Below, in pieces: positions 17,718 through 24,580 of a DNA stretch of 27,678 nucleotides. The notes beneath the pieces are model-generated. The model did no database searches. It was not told the DNA's origin and saw nothing but the letters and a program-made list of their open reading frames with translations. Both the position numbers and the translations under genes were made by a program. This DNA comes from a virus. Lineage: Duplodnaviria > Caudoviricetes. Positions within the stretch are counted from its first letter, which is position 1. Every line of letters begins with the position of its first letter. The stretch covers positions 1-27,678 of IMG/VR virus record IMGVR_UViG_3300044825_000459; one strand, written 5' to 3'.

Positions 17718-18349
17718 TGTGGAGCCTTTTCGCCGTAGTTTTCCTCCAGCAATTTTACCAGCGCGTCCGAGTTGCTCATGGCTCCGGTCTTCGCTCGGTA
17801 TCTGCCTAGTTGCTCAATCGTCCAGATGTACAGCGTGTTTTCCAATTCCACCATGAAGACCTTCGTGTCTACCGCCTTGTATCTGTCTGCTAGGCCTTCA
17901 ATCTGCGAGGCTATCTCTGCTTGTCCGGTCTTTGCTAGGCCGTCAATTACTGTCGGTGTTTTCTCTTCCTCTATGCGCGCCAGTACATCGTCGAACTCGT
18001 CATCGCCGTATCCCGTATGTTCTAGGTCGTTGAGTCGCTCTAGTAATTCTAGTAACGCGTTATTGTCGTACTCGCTGAGGTCGGTTGCTCTGTTGTCAAT
18101 AAGAACAATCTTTGCTGCGGTCTCTGCGTCTACTTCAATGAATGTCGCTTCAATCTCTGTCCAACCTAATTCTTTTGCCGCTGCGTAAGTGTGATTGCCT
18201 ACAAGGATTTCGTTAGTCGCCTTGTTAACCGTAATCGGCTTGTACTGTCCGTACTCGCTTAATGACTCCGCGATTAGTTTGATGTTTCCCCTGCGCGGGT
18301 TATTTGGATACTGATGTAACTGGTCTAATGGAACCTTCTCTGCGTTCAT
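17714..18349 (-). CDS. ParB/Srx N-terminal domain protein, paralog 2
   Basis: YPNNPRRG, YGQYKPITVN, ILVGNHT, KIVLIDN. Confidence 0.88.
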   Translation of the reverse strand: MNAEKVPLDQLHQYPNNPRRGNIKLIAESLSEYGQYKPITVNKATNEILVGNHTYAAAKELGWTEIEATFIEVDAETAAKIVLIDNRATDLSEYDNNALLELLERLNDLEHTGYGDDEFDDVLARIEEEKTPTVIDGLAKTGQAEIASQIEGLADRYKAVDTKVFMVELENTLYIWTIEQLGRYRAKTGAMSNSDALVKLLEENYGEKAPQ

Positions 18350-18957
18350 TCCGGTGCGCCTTCCCCTGAAATCTTTTCTATTAAGCGTATAAGTGCATTT
18401 GTGCTGCTTGGTAAGTCGTTTTCATTTCGGAATTGTTCTAGTTTTTCTGAAACCCACATGTAAGTTGGTTTGTTCATGTCGAACATGATAATTCTTGATG
18501 TGCGCTGATTGAGTGTCTCTTGCCAATCCTTTAGTGACTTGCCCATTACCGTATTGCGTAGTGCCGGTTCCGGTGTGTCGTACAGGCTTTGAAGCTCTTT
18601 CAGGTCTTTGTCTGTGTAACCGGTTGCGCTGAGGTCGCCGATTGAATCTAGTAAGCCGAGTAGCGTTGCGTCGTCGTATCCTCCTGCGTCGCTGGTCTTA
18701 TTGTCCATTAACACAATCTTTGCTGCGGTGTTTTCGTCTGCGTCAATGTATACAGCCTTGATTGTTGCCCAACCTAGTTTGCGTGCTGCTTGCGCTGTGT
18801 GATTACCTGCGAGGATTTCGTTTGTTCGCTTGTTGATTGTTATTGGTTTGTACTGGCCGTATGTCTCTAGGCTCTTTGCAATTAAATTGATGTCGCCTTT
18901 GCGCGGGTTATTCGGGTATGGCTTTAATGTTATTAGCGCTACTTCCTTGATTTCCAT
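18346..18957 (-). CDS. ParB/Srx N-terminal domain protein, paralog 1
   Basis: YPNNPRKG, YGQYKPITIN, ILAGNHT, KIVLMDN. Confidence 0.88.
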   Translation of the reverse strand: MEIKEVALITLKPYPNNPRKGDINLIAKSLETYGQYKPITINKRTNEILAGNHTAQAARKLGWATIKAVYIDADENTAAKIVLMDNKTSDAGGYDDATLLGLLDSIGDLSATGYTDKDLKELQSLYDTPEPALRNTVMGKSLKDWQETLNQRTSRIIMFDMNKPTYMWVSEKLEQFRNENDLPSSTNALIRLIEKISGEGAPE

Positions 18958-19159
18958 TGTCTGCCTCCTGCTCCAACTCTATCAAGAAGTCTTGCAGTTG
19001 CGTAATCTCAAGTCGCGCGTCGAGTAAGTCGTCCAAGCTGCTCAACAGAATGTTGCGCCGGTTTTTTTCAATGCCGGGTTCCGCCAGCATCGTTTGTATG
19101 TGGCGCATGGCCTCGTCAATGTCGCTGACGCTGGCCTCTTCCGTGATGACTATTGCCAT
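18908..19159 (-). CDS. Hypothetical helical protein (83 aa)
   Basis: Fills the gap between neighbours, with a plausible acidic helical sequence (LDDLLDARL). Confidence 0.6.
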   Translation of the reverse strand: MAIVITEEASVSDIDEAMRHIQTMLAEPGIEKNRRNILLSSLDDLLDARLEITQLQDFLIELEQEADNGNQGSSANNIKAIPE

Positions 19160-19168
19160 GTGGATACA

Positions 19169-19348
19169 TTAGCGTTGCTTACGCTCCTCGCGCTTGGCTT
19201 TGTACGCCTCGACTTCCGCCCGGTCGTAGTAGACATTGCGCCACTCTCTGCGCTTCCACTCCAGCGTTTTCCGGTGCTGGATTTGGCGCAGGTTGTTAAT
19301 GGTTATGCCTAGATACTCCGCGACTTCCTGAGAACTCATCTCTACCAT
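19169..19348 (-). CDS. MerR/Xis-type HTH DNA-binding protein (59 aa)
   Basis: MVEMSSQEVAEYLGITINNLRQIQHRKTL...YYDRAEVEAY. Overlaps the SSB stop. Not in the ORF track. Confidence 0.75.
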   Translation of the reverse strand: MVEMSSQEVAEYLGITINNLRQIQHRKTLEWKRREWRNVYYDRAEVEAYKAKREERKQR

Positions 19349-19719
19349 GCCGGCGCTTCTACCTTCTCTTCAATGTACTTTGTCTTTGCTGTTTGCCCTT
19401 TTGCTATCTTGGCAATCTCTGTTCCCACGATTTCCAGTCCGGTTACGGTCTTTCCGTCTTTGTTGGTGTATGTGCTTTGTGACAGCATACCTACAAGAAT
19501 TACTGAGTCGCCCTTTGCGTAGTTGTCTACAATGCCCTCTGCCTTTGAGCCGAAGAATGTAACTCGATACCACATGGTCTCGCCGTCTTCCCATGCTTGC
19601 GTGGTCTTGCTCTTGCGGCGCGGTGTATGCGCTACTGAGAAGCTTGCTATGGCGAGGTCGCCTACAAACTTGATTTCCGGCTCGCTGCCGATGTTGCCTT
19701 TTGTCGTGATGTTATTCAT
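19342..19719 (-). CDS. ssb: Single-stranded DNA-binding protein
   Basis: OB-fold motifs ITTKGNIGSEPE, WEDGETMWYRVTFFG and KGDSVILVG. C-terminus EAPAW. Confidence 0.92.
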   Translation of the reverse strand: MNNITTKGNIGSEPEIKFVGDLAIASFSVAHTPRRKSKTTQAWEDGETMWYRVTFFGSKAEGIVDNYAKGDSVILVGMLSQSTYTNKDGKTVTGLEIVGTEIAKIAKGQTAKTKYIEEKVEAPAW

Positions 19720-20050
19720 GTGCCTTCTCCTCTAGTATTTTTCTTGTTCCGTCGTCCAATAGTAATGCGAATCGGCCGTCAGGCAAAGTTATCGGCCACT
19801 CATGCGGTTCGCGCCAACTCGGCACCATGTATCCGCGCTCCTCTGCCCATTCCGGGTTGAGGTGGATACTGTCTGTTCCTAGATTGTGGCACTTGTGATG
19901 TACCGAAATTAGGTTTGCCGGCGTGTCCTTGCCTCCGCGTGACTTTAGTTTTCTGTGATGTAGTGCCATGCTCTCTTGTGAGGTTTGTCCGCAAACCTCA
20001 CAGTAATCTCCTGCGCGAAACCTCACAATCTCTACAACCTTCTTGTCCAT
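19712..20050 (-). CDS. HNH endonuclease
   Basis: Start re-called to MDKKVV (AAAGGA RBS). CEVCG...HHRKLKSRGGKD...NL...HHKCHN. Confidence 0.85.
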   Translation of the reverse strand: MDKKVVEIVRFRAGDYCEVCGQTSQESMALHHRKLKSRGGKDTPANLISVHHKCHNLGTDSIHLNPEWAEERGYMVPSWREPHEWPITLPDGRFALLLDDGTRKILEEKAHE

Positions 20051-20063
20051 CTTTGTTCCTTTG

Positions 20064-20516
20064 TTAATACCAAGGGTTGCCCTTTGCTGCGTTGCTTTGC
20101 CAGAATGCCCACGCTTTACAGGGAGTGCCGTATCTCTTGGTGATGTACCGTAATCCGGCCGTAATCTGAATACTAGCCTCTTTCGGCTTGTATGGGAACT
20201 TGTAATTACCCCATGTGCTTGGCAGGAACTGGAAGAGGCCGAATGCGCCGGAAGACTTGTTATGCGCGTGTATCCGCCAGCCGCTCTCGCGCTGTACAAG
20301 CTGCTCCAAGCATTTCCACTCTTTGCGCTCGCCCCATTGTGTCAGTACTGCCTTCTTCGCTGCCAGTTTTGGGTGTACTTGCGCGTGCTGCTCCGGTGTA
20401 ACTGTTAATGGCGTTGCTACTCCGGGAATTATTGAATTACAAAGTCCAACCAAGATGGCCGCTGTAAGGACTTTGCTTCTAATCTTTATTCGGCGGCCTT
20501 CCGCCCTTTCGCACAT
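20064..20516 (-). CDS. Secreted or membrane-anchored lytic transglycosylase (SLT/lysozyme-like)
   Basis: Catalytic RESGW, SSGAFGLFQ and AGLRYITKRYG...WY, with a hydrophobic N-terminal segment. The start codon is uncertain. Confidence 0.82.
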   Translation of the reverse strand: MCERAEGRRIKIRSKVLTAAILVGLCNSIIPGVATPLTVTPEQHAQVHPKLAAKKAVLTQWGERKEWKCLEQLVQRESGWRIHAHNKSSGAFGLFQFLPSTWGNYKFPYKPKEASIQITAGLRYITKRYGTPCKAWAFWQSNAAKGNPWY

Positions 20517-20596
20517 ACTCCGCAGAGTTGCTCTCCGTAATGCCATGCGCCATACGCGCAATTCTTTCGGCTTATCATGGTGTCGTTGCTATTCAT
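20486..20596 (-). CDS. Small Cys/His-containing hypothetical protein (36 aa)
   Basis: MNSNDTMISRKNCAYGAWHYGEQLCGVCAK..., AAAGGGG RBS. Confidence 0.5.
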   Translation of the reverse strand: MNSNDTMISRKNCAYGAWHYGEQLCGVCAKGRKAAE

Positions 20597-20657
20597 TTTC
20601 GTTCCCCTTTGATTGGTGATAGCGAATAGTGGGTTTAATTGTACCGGTAATTTCAGG

Positions 20658-20695
20658 TTCGGCCGCCGGGTTGAGAGACGGACGCGGCGGCCGAA
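20658..20695 (-). promoter_or_regulatory. GC-rich hairpin at the early/late boundary
   Basis: Perfect 11-bp inverted repeat TTCGGCCGCCG/CGGCGGCCGAA with a 16-nt loop. Confidence 0.6.
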
Positions 20696-20765
20696 GGGAG
20701 CGCAGTATTGGCTAGGCAAAGGTTAGGAAGCCGTCATGACCAAACTTGGCGGAATGATGGCCGCT

Positions 20766-20996
20766 TTAACGCTCGATTCTCCTGAATTCTGTCTCTTGCT
20801 GCTCTCTTTTCTTAATGTCTTCTTGAAGCTGCGCTACGAGGTATTGCTCCTCCGCTGCTTGTACAAATGAATCCAACACGCTGTCGAGGTTCATTAGGAT
20901 TGCCCACATCAGTTTTGGGTCTTTCCTGCGTGCGCCTTTACGCAACATCTTTGATGATGTCACCATGAACTCTCTGACAATTGGGTCGTAATTCAT
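20766..20996 (-). CDS. Hypothetical protein (76 aa)
   Basis: Start re-called to MNYDP because of a TAATG overlap with the previous gene. Confidence 0.65.
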   Translation of the reverse strand: MNYDPIVREFMVTSSKMLRKGARRKDPKLMWAILMNLDSVLDSFVQAAEEQYLVAQLQEDIKKREQQETEFRRIER

Positions 20997-21268
20997 TATT
21001 GAATCTTCCTCGCTCCTTCGGGTGCCATCTCCCACATCGCTGCGTTCAGCGCTTGGTAATCCAGTTTATCTGAAATCCAATTTATGCGGTCAGGCGTTTT
21101 CTGCGTGTCTAGTCCTGAGTCTTTGCAGAAATCTATGTACGGTCGGTTGCCTTTGTAATCCTTCATGAAATCGACCGCTGCTTGATAAGTAGGGTAGTCG
21201 TTGTCAATCCATAACATTACATTCCAACTCGCGTAATTCTTCCAACCGTTGTATGTATCTTCGCTCAT
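20996..21268 (-). CDS. Conserved phage hypothetical protein (YNGWxNYxxWNVxLWIDND type)
   Basis: The N-terminal motif is recognisable from widespread phage early proteins. Confidence 0.72.
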   Translation of the reverse strand: MSEDTYNGWKNYASWNVMLWIDNDYPTYQAAVDFMKDYKGNRPYIDFCKDSGLDTQKTPDRINWISDKLDYQALNAAMWEMAPEGARKIQ

Positions 21269-21399
21269 TTTGGTTCCTGCCCGTTAATACTGAAATCAAC
21301 ATAAAATCCTGTTTTGCAGGTAGGGCAAATGTCTCCCAATTCTTCTCCGTCAATTATTGCTACATACTCTGTGCATTTATCACACCATTGTTTTGTCAT
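21265..21399 (-). CDS. Small zinc-ribbon protein (44 aa)
   Basis: MTKQWCDKC...ICPTC, GGGAG RBS. Confidence 0.65.
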   Translation of the reverse strand: MTKQWCDKCTEYVAIIDGEELGDICPTCKTGFYVDFSINGQEPK

Positions 21400-21401
21400 T
21401 T

Positions 21402-21869
21402 TTATCTCCCTACTACCGAATAACGGTAACTCTCTTCGTCTTCCCGGCGCTGGTCGTCGTCCGGCTCTGGAATGTCTAGTGCCTCTGTTGCCTCTGTATG
21501 GCAGCAAGGTGTGATTGGGAACTCGTTTTCAATGTCGAATAGAAGCTCTGTAATCTTCCACTCGTTTTGTCCGTGATTGCACCAGTCACAAGTAAATTCG
21601 TCTGTTGGATTTACATACTGAATCTCTGCGAAGCGCGTTGCCTCTTGGATTGTGATTCTGCGGTGCTTGCTGCAACTGTCGGTGCAACTTTTGATTTCCC
21701 ATTTGTCGCACAAGGAACACGGGCAGATTGAATTATGGTTGATTGGTGCGCGTACTATGCCTACTGCGTGCGAAACTCTTAATTGACCGTCGCTCTTTGC
21801 CGCTGCTTCCATAATCTCTGCGGCAATCTTTTCGCGTAGGTCAATCTCTGCTCTCTTTAATGTTGTCAT
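21402..21869 (-). CDS. Cys-rich hypothetical protein (155 aa)
   Basis: GGAGGA RBS. Clusters CPCSLC, CTDSC, CDWC and TPCC. Confidence 0.7.
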   Translation of the reverse strand: MTTLKRAEIDLREKIAAEIMEAAAKSDGQLRVSHAVGIVRAPINHNSICPCSLCDKWEIKSCTDSCSKHRRITIQEATRFAEIQYVNPTDEFTCDWCNHGQNEWKITELLFDIENEFPITPCCHTEATEALDIPEPDDDQRREDEESYRYSVVGR

Positions 21870-22052
21870 TTACTTTCCTCCTTCGATAACCTTGTCAATC
21901 ATTTCTGTACAACTTCCGTAACCTAATGCGTTGCCGCCTTCTCCGACATAGCATGTGTCGCGCGTTGCGTATGTGAATGCTGCTACTAATGAAGCTGCTA
22001 CGGCTAATGCCGCAATCCTGCGTCGGATTACAAACTTGCGTTCCATTCTCAT
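21870..22052 (-). CDS. Small membrane protein (60 aa)
   Basis: RRR followed by a hydrophobic helix, then a two-Cys ectodomain. Confidence 0.68.
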   Translation of the reverse strand: MRMERKFVIRRRIAALAVAASLVAAFTYATRDTCYVGEGGNALGYGSCTEMIDKVIEGGK

Positions 22053-22399
22053 TATGCGACCTGCGCTTTTACTGTTGCTACTTGTAATTCTTCACAAAGG
22101 ATTGCGCTGATTACGCGCACTGCTTCTCTTGAACTGCCGCCAATGTTCCACACAATTTTTTCTTCTTCGTCTACTTTGTAATCGTATTTCCAGTCGTAGA
22201 TTGTTGCAATGGTTTTGGTTCCGTCTTGCTCTGTGACTTCAATTCCCCAATGGAAGAAGAACTTGTAGTCATCTCCTGCTCCCGGCTCTCCGAATACTGT
22301 TTGAAGCTGCTCGCGCGTTGCTGTGATGTAGCCTTGTAAGCAAGTACCTGCAACTTCTTCGGTGCGCTTGAATGTTCCGATTGTCTCTACTGTTGTCAT
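22052..22399 (-). CDS. Conserved phage hypothetical protein (115 aa)
   Basis: Motifs GTCLQGYI...FGEP, ATIYDWK and WNIGG. TAATG overlaps at both ends. Confidence 0.75.
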   Translation of the reverse strand: MTTVETIGTFKRTEEVAGTCLQGYITATREQLQTVFGEPGAGDDYKFFFHWGIEVTEQDGTKTIATIYDWKYDYKVDEEEKIVWNIGGSSREAVRVISAILCEELQVATVKAQVA

Positions 22400-22695
22400 T
22401 ATGCACCTGCTTTCGCAAAGTGAGTGTCTTTTGTATCTGCTGACCAGAAGTTTTTAACACAGTTGTTACCGAGGCGTATAACTTTGCCCTGCTCTGATGT
22501 TAATGGTAGGAGTGTGTCTGTCATCCACTCCCAACGAGCGATGTAACCTGTGTTTTCTGCCATTCCTTTGCCGCAATGTTCGCAAGTTGTTGTTACTCCG
22601 TCGCGCTCTGCTTTGCGTGTGTTTTTATCCCAGTCATCGTGTGCGCCCATTCCGCCGCAACGAATTACTGTTTCGTTTGCTGTTGTTGCTGTCAT
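22399..22695 (-). CDS. Hypothetical protein with zinc-binding motif (98 aa)
   Basis: Start re-called to MTATT behind the repeated leader. CEHCGK...GNNC. Confidence 0.7.
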   Translation of the reverse strand: MTATTANETVIRCGGMGAHDDWDKNTRKAERDGVTTTCEHCGKGMAENTGYIARWEWMTDTLLPLTSEQGKVIRLGNNCVKNFWSADTKDTHFAKAGA

Positions 22696-22802
22696 TTGCT
22701 TTCCTAACTGTTGGGAGACCTTGCTGGTCTCTGTTGTGATTAATTTAACTCCTCGAATTACGGTCTGTAAAGATGGCCGCCGGCGTGTCGGAAAGTTTTT
22801 TA
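22696..22802 (-). promoter_or_regulatory. Early promoter/leader repeat, copy A
   Basis: Minus strand: TAAAAAACTTTC...TTTACA-18 nt-TAAATT...CAACAGAGACC-AGCAA-GGTCTCCCAA...GTTAGGA..GCAAATG. Confidence 0.7.
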
Positions 22803-22907
22803 CGCCTCGCAATCGTGGCCGTACGCGTACTCCTCCCGGGTCATTTTCTTGTAGCACTCGCCGCAGGTGATGTGGGTGAGATTGTGGCCTCCGACGACGA
22901 TACTCAC
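22800..22907 (-). CDS. Small zinc-finger-like protein (35 aa)
   Basis: GTG overlaps the previous TGA. CGEC...GHDCEA. Confidence 0.6.
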   Translation of the reverse strand: MSIVVGGHNLTHITCGECYKKMTREEYAYGHDCEA

Positions 22908-23167
22908 TCTGTTACCGCCACTCCGTTTACTACGCGCCACCCGTTGCTGTGCTGGTATCCGCAGTTGAAGCAAATGCCTACGCGTACATCGTATGTCTGC
23001 GCGCAGAAGCACCCGGCCTCGCGTACTGTCGGTTCGCCTCGGTGGAAGTCGTAATGCAGCATCATGAGATACGACTCCGGGAAGCTCTTTCCGCAGTCAA
23101 AGCATTGGTATTTGTCCTTCTTTGTTTTCCACACAATGCCGGCTCCGTCGTCTACAAATCTGCTCAT
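22904..23167 (-). CDS. Zinc-finger protein with N-terminal SRFVDDGAGIVW motif
   Basis: C2H2-like YQCFDCGKSF...LMMLHYDFH plus a second CFC...CFNC site. GGAGG RBS. Confidence 0.75.
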   Translation of the reverse strand: MSRFVDDGAGIVWKTKKDKYQCFDCGKSFPESYLMMLHYDFHRGEPTVREAGCFCAQTYDVRVGICFNCGYQHSNGWRVVNGVAVTE

Positions 23168-23340
23168 TGGTATGCCTCCGCTAGCACTAGAACCTTGATT
23201 GCTGCCTCGATACCGTCCATCTTGCCGAGGTAGTAAGTTGCGCGCTCTGCTTGGTTTGAATGGTGGTAGCGTGAGTATTCCTCTTTTGCTTTTGTGTACT
23301 CGCGCTGTAACTGTCCGATTAGGCTGATTGTCTGTGTCAT
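23164..23340 (-). CDS. Hypothetical helical protein (58 aa)
   Basis: Start re-called to MTQTIS (GGAGG RBS, TAATG overlap). Confidence 0.68.
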   Translation of the reverse strand: MTQTISLIGQLQREYTKAKEEYSRYHHSNQAERATYYLGKMDGIEAAIKVLVLAEAYQ

Positions 23341-23771
23341 TAGATTGCCTCCGCCATTAGGCAGCGCATTTCTTCTTCCGCTGCGTCGATTGCTACTTGC
23401 ATGTTCTCCGGGTTTGATACATACCCTGCGCGGTAGCCGTTTTTGCTTGTCATGCGGCCATGCCACAATTCGTACTGACCTTGGATTTTGTAAAGTTTGT
23501 AACCACCGATTTTCTTGACTGGCACGATTGTTGCTCCGGCGTTGATGAGCGCTTGTAGGAGGCCAACTGTTTGGTATTTGGTTACAAGCTTGCAGAACAA
23601 TTCGTGTCCTGTTTCCTGCTCTTCGTTTTCGTCGAAGTAATTTAATCCTGCGCCGTCTGTGTAGAAGGTGTAACGCTGCTTCTTGTACTTGACGCTGATT
23701 GCGTTGTATGCATCTGTCTCTGAAAGTCCGAGTGCAATAATGTTTTTTTCGTACTTTGTCGCTGTTGTCAT
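23340..23771 (-). CDS. Hypothetical protein (143 aa)
   Basis: First gene behind leader copy B. Confidence 0.72.
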   Translation of the reverse strand: MTTATKYEKNIIALGLSETDAYNAISVKYKKQRYTFYTDGAGLNYFDENEEQETGHELFCKLVTKYQTVGLLQALINAGATIVPVKKIGGYKLYKIQGQYELWHGRMTSKNGYRAGYVSNPENMQVAIDAAEEEMRCLMAEAI

Positions 23772-23868
23772 TTGCCTGTCCTAACGCTTGGGAGACGCTG
23801 TCGGTCTCTGTTGCATTAATTGTGCCCCCGAATGGCACTTTTGTCTCCCGATTTCCGAAAGTTTTTTA
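23772..23868 (-). promoter_or_regulatory. Early promoter/leader repeat, copy B
   Basis: Minus strand: TAAAAAACTTTC...CACAATTAAT.CAACAGAGAC-CGACAGC-GTCTCCCAA...GTTAGGA...GCAAATG. Confidence 0.68.
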
Positions 23869-23876
23869 AAGTTTTT

Positions 23877-24248
23877 TTATTTTTTTTCTACGCGTACTTC
23901 CAGCCCGGGTACTCCGCCATAAATCTTCATGGCGTGTATTTCTGTGACTTGCCCGTCGTCTCCGTACGCTACGGAGGTGAGCGCGTCTAGCGCTGCTCTC
24001 ACAAGCTTGTCTAAATCCGGCGCTACGCTCGGTTCCGGTCTTTTGACCGTTTTGGGTCGCGGCATAATGAACAGGAGGGTGACTTTGATTGCTCCCTCTT
24101 CCGGCTTGCACCCGGCTAGGGTCGCTTCCCACGCTATGGTGGAACGCCAAACCGCGAGCGCGCTGCCCTGCGAGTGAAGCACTCGCCCGTTGATTACCTT
24201 CATGCTCCCTTGCGGAACTGGTAATCCGTTTACTCTGAACTCAATCAC
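23877..24248 (-). CDS. rusA: RusA-family Holliday junction resolvase
   Basis: PVPQGS, PDLDKLVRAALDALT and YGDDGQV. Confidence 0.93.
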   Translation of the reverse strand: MIEFRVNGLPVPQGSMKVINGRVLHSQGSALAVWRSTIAWEATLAGCKPEEGAIKVTLLFIMPRPKTVKRPEPSVAPDLDKLVRAALDALTSVAYGDDGQVTEIHAMKIYGGVPGLEVRVEKK

Positions 24249-24439
24249 ATTGAAATTGTAACCCGGCCATTTACGATTGCTGTTCCCGGCTGGTTATCTT
24301 CGTCTAGTAAAAACAAATCGTAGGTGCCTATGTTGTCCGGACCTTCAATTCCTTTTACCGTCCATGTTTTTGAGTTGATAATTACGCGGTCGCCAAATTG
24401 TAGGTGCGACGCGTCTGTTGTTACGAGCGTGCTTGTCAT
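24245..24439 (-). CDS. Small SH3/KOW-like beta-barrel hypothetical protein (64 aa)
   Basis: Start re-called to MTSTL (GGAGGAGG RBS). ASHLQFGDRVII...WTV. Confidence 0.68.
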   Translation of the reverse strand: MTSTLVTTDASHLQFGDRVIINSKTWTVKGIEGPDNIGTYDLFLLDEDNQPGTAIVNGRVTISM

Positions 24440-24473
24440 TTCACCTCCTCCGCTGTGAGGTAGATTACGTATA

Positions 24474-24502
24474 AGTGTAACCCTTACGGATAATCTGAGC
24501 AA
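24474..24502 (-). promoter_or_regulatory. Sigma70/SigA-like promoter overlapped by an inverted repeat
   Basis: TTGCTC (24502-24497), 17 nt, TACACT (24479-24474). Imperfect dyad at 24462-24496. Confidence 0.6.
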
Positions 24503-24505
24503 ACC

Positions 24506-24580
24506 CTACTTCCGGTGCGCTCCGTGATTGAATACAAGCACGAGCGTTAGCCCGATTAGGTAAATCGCTATCCACTCCAT
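24506..24580 (-). CDS. 24-aa single-helix membrane peptide
   Basis: MEWIAIYLIGLTLVLVFNHGAHRK with a GAGGAGG RBS. Not in the ORF track. Confidence 0.55.
   Translation of the reverse strand: MEWIAIYLIGLTLVLVFNHGAHRK

Noticed and set aside
17714-18957. ParB genes as a plasmid-prophage partition system
   Set aside because: There is no parA and no central HTH typical of partition ParB. The context is DNA modification and packaging.
19730-19780. DGRFALLLDDGT in the HNH C-terminus as a third copy of the RFVDDG motif
   Set aside because: The spacing differs, GIVW is missing and there is no DNA similarity.
20597-20765. c-di-AMP (ydaO) riboswitch upstream of the cell-wall enzyme
   Set aside because: The context is suggestive, but I could not find the conserved ydaO sequence blocks.
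3907-23808. GAGACC/GGTCTC pairs as BsaI cloning scars
   Set aside because: They sit in natural hairpin stems with conserved flanks, one arm is degenerate, and no vector sequence is present.
23164-23838. Long ORF-track calls (23164-23838, 19712-20299, 22399-22857, 6495-6947, 24245-24502)
   Set aside because: Their N-terminal extensions run through other genes or promoters. Downstream starts with an RBS or coupled stop fit better.
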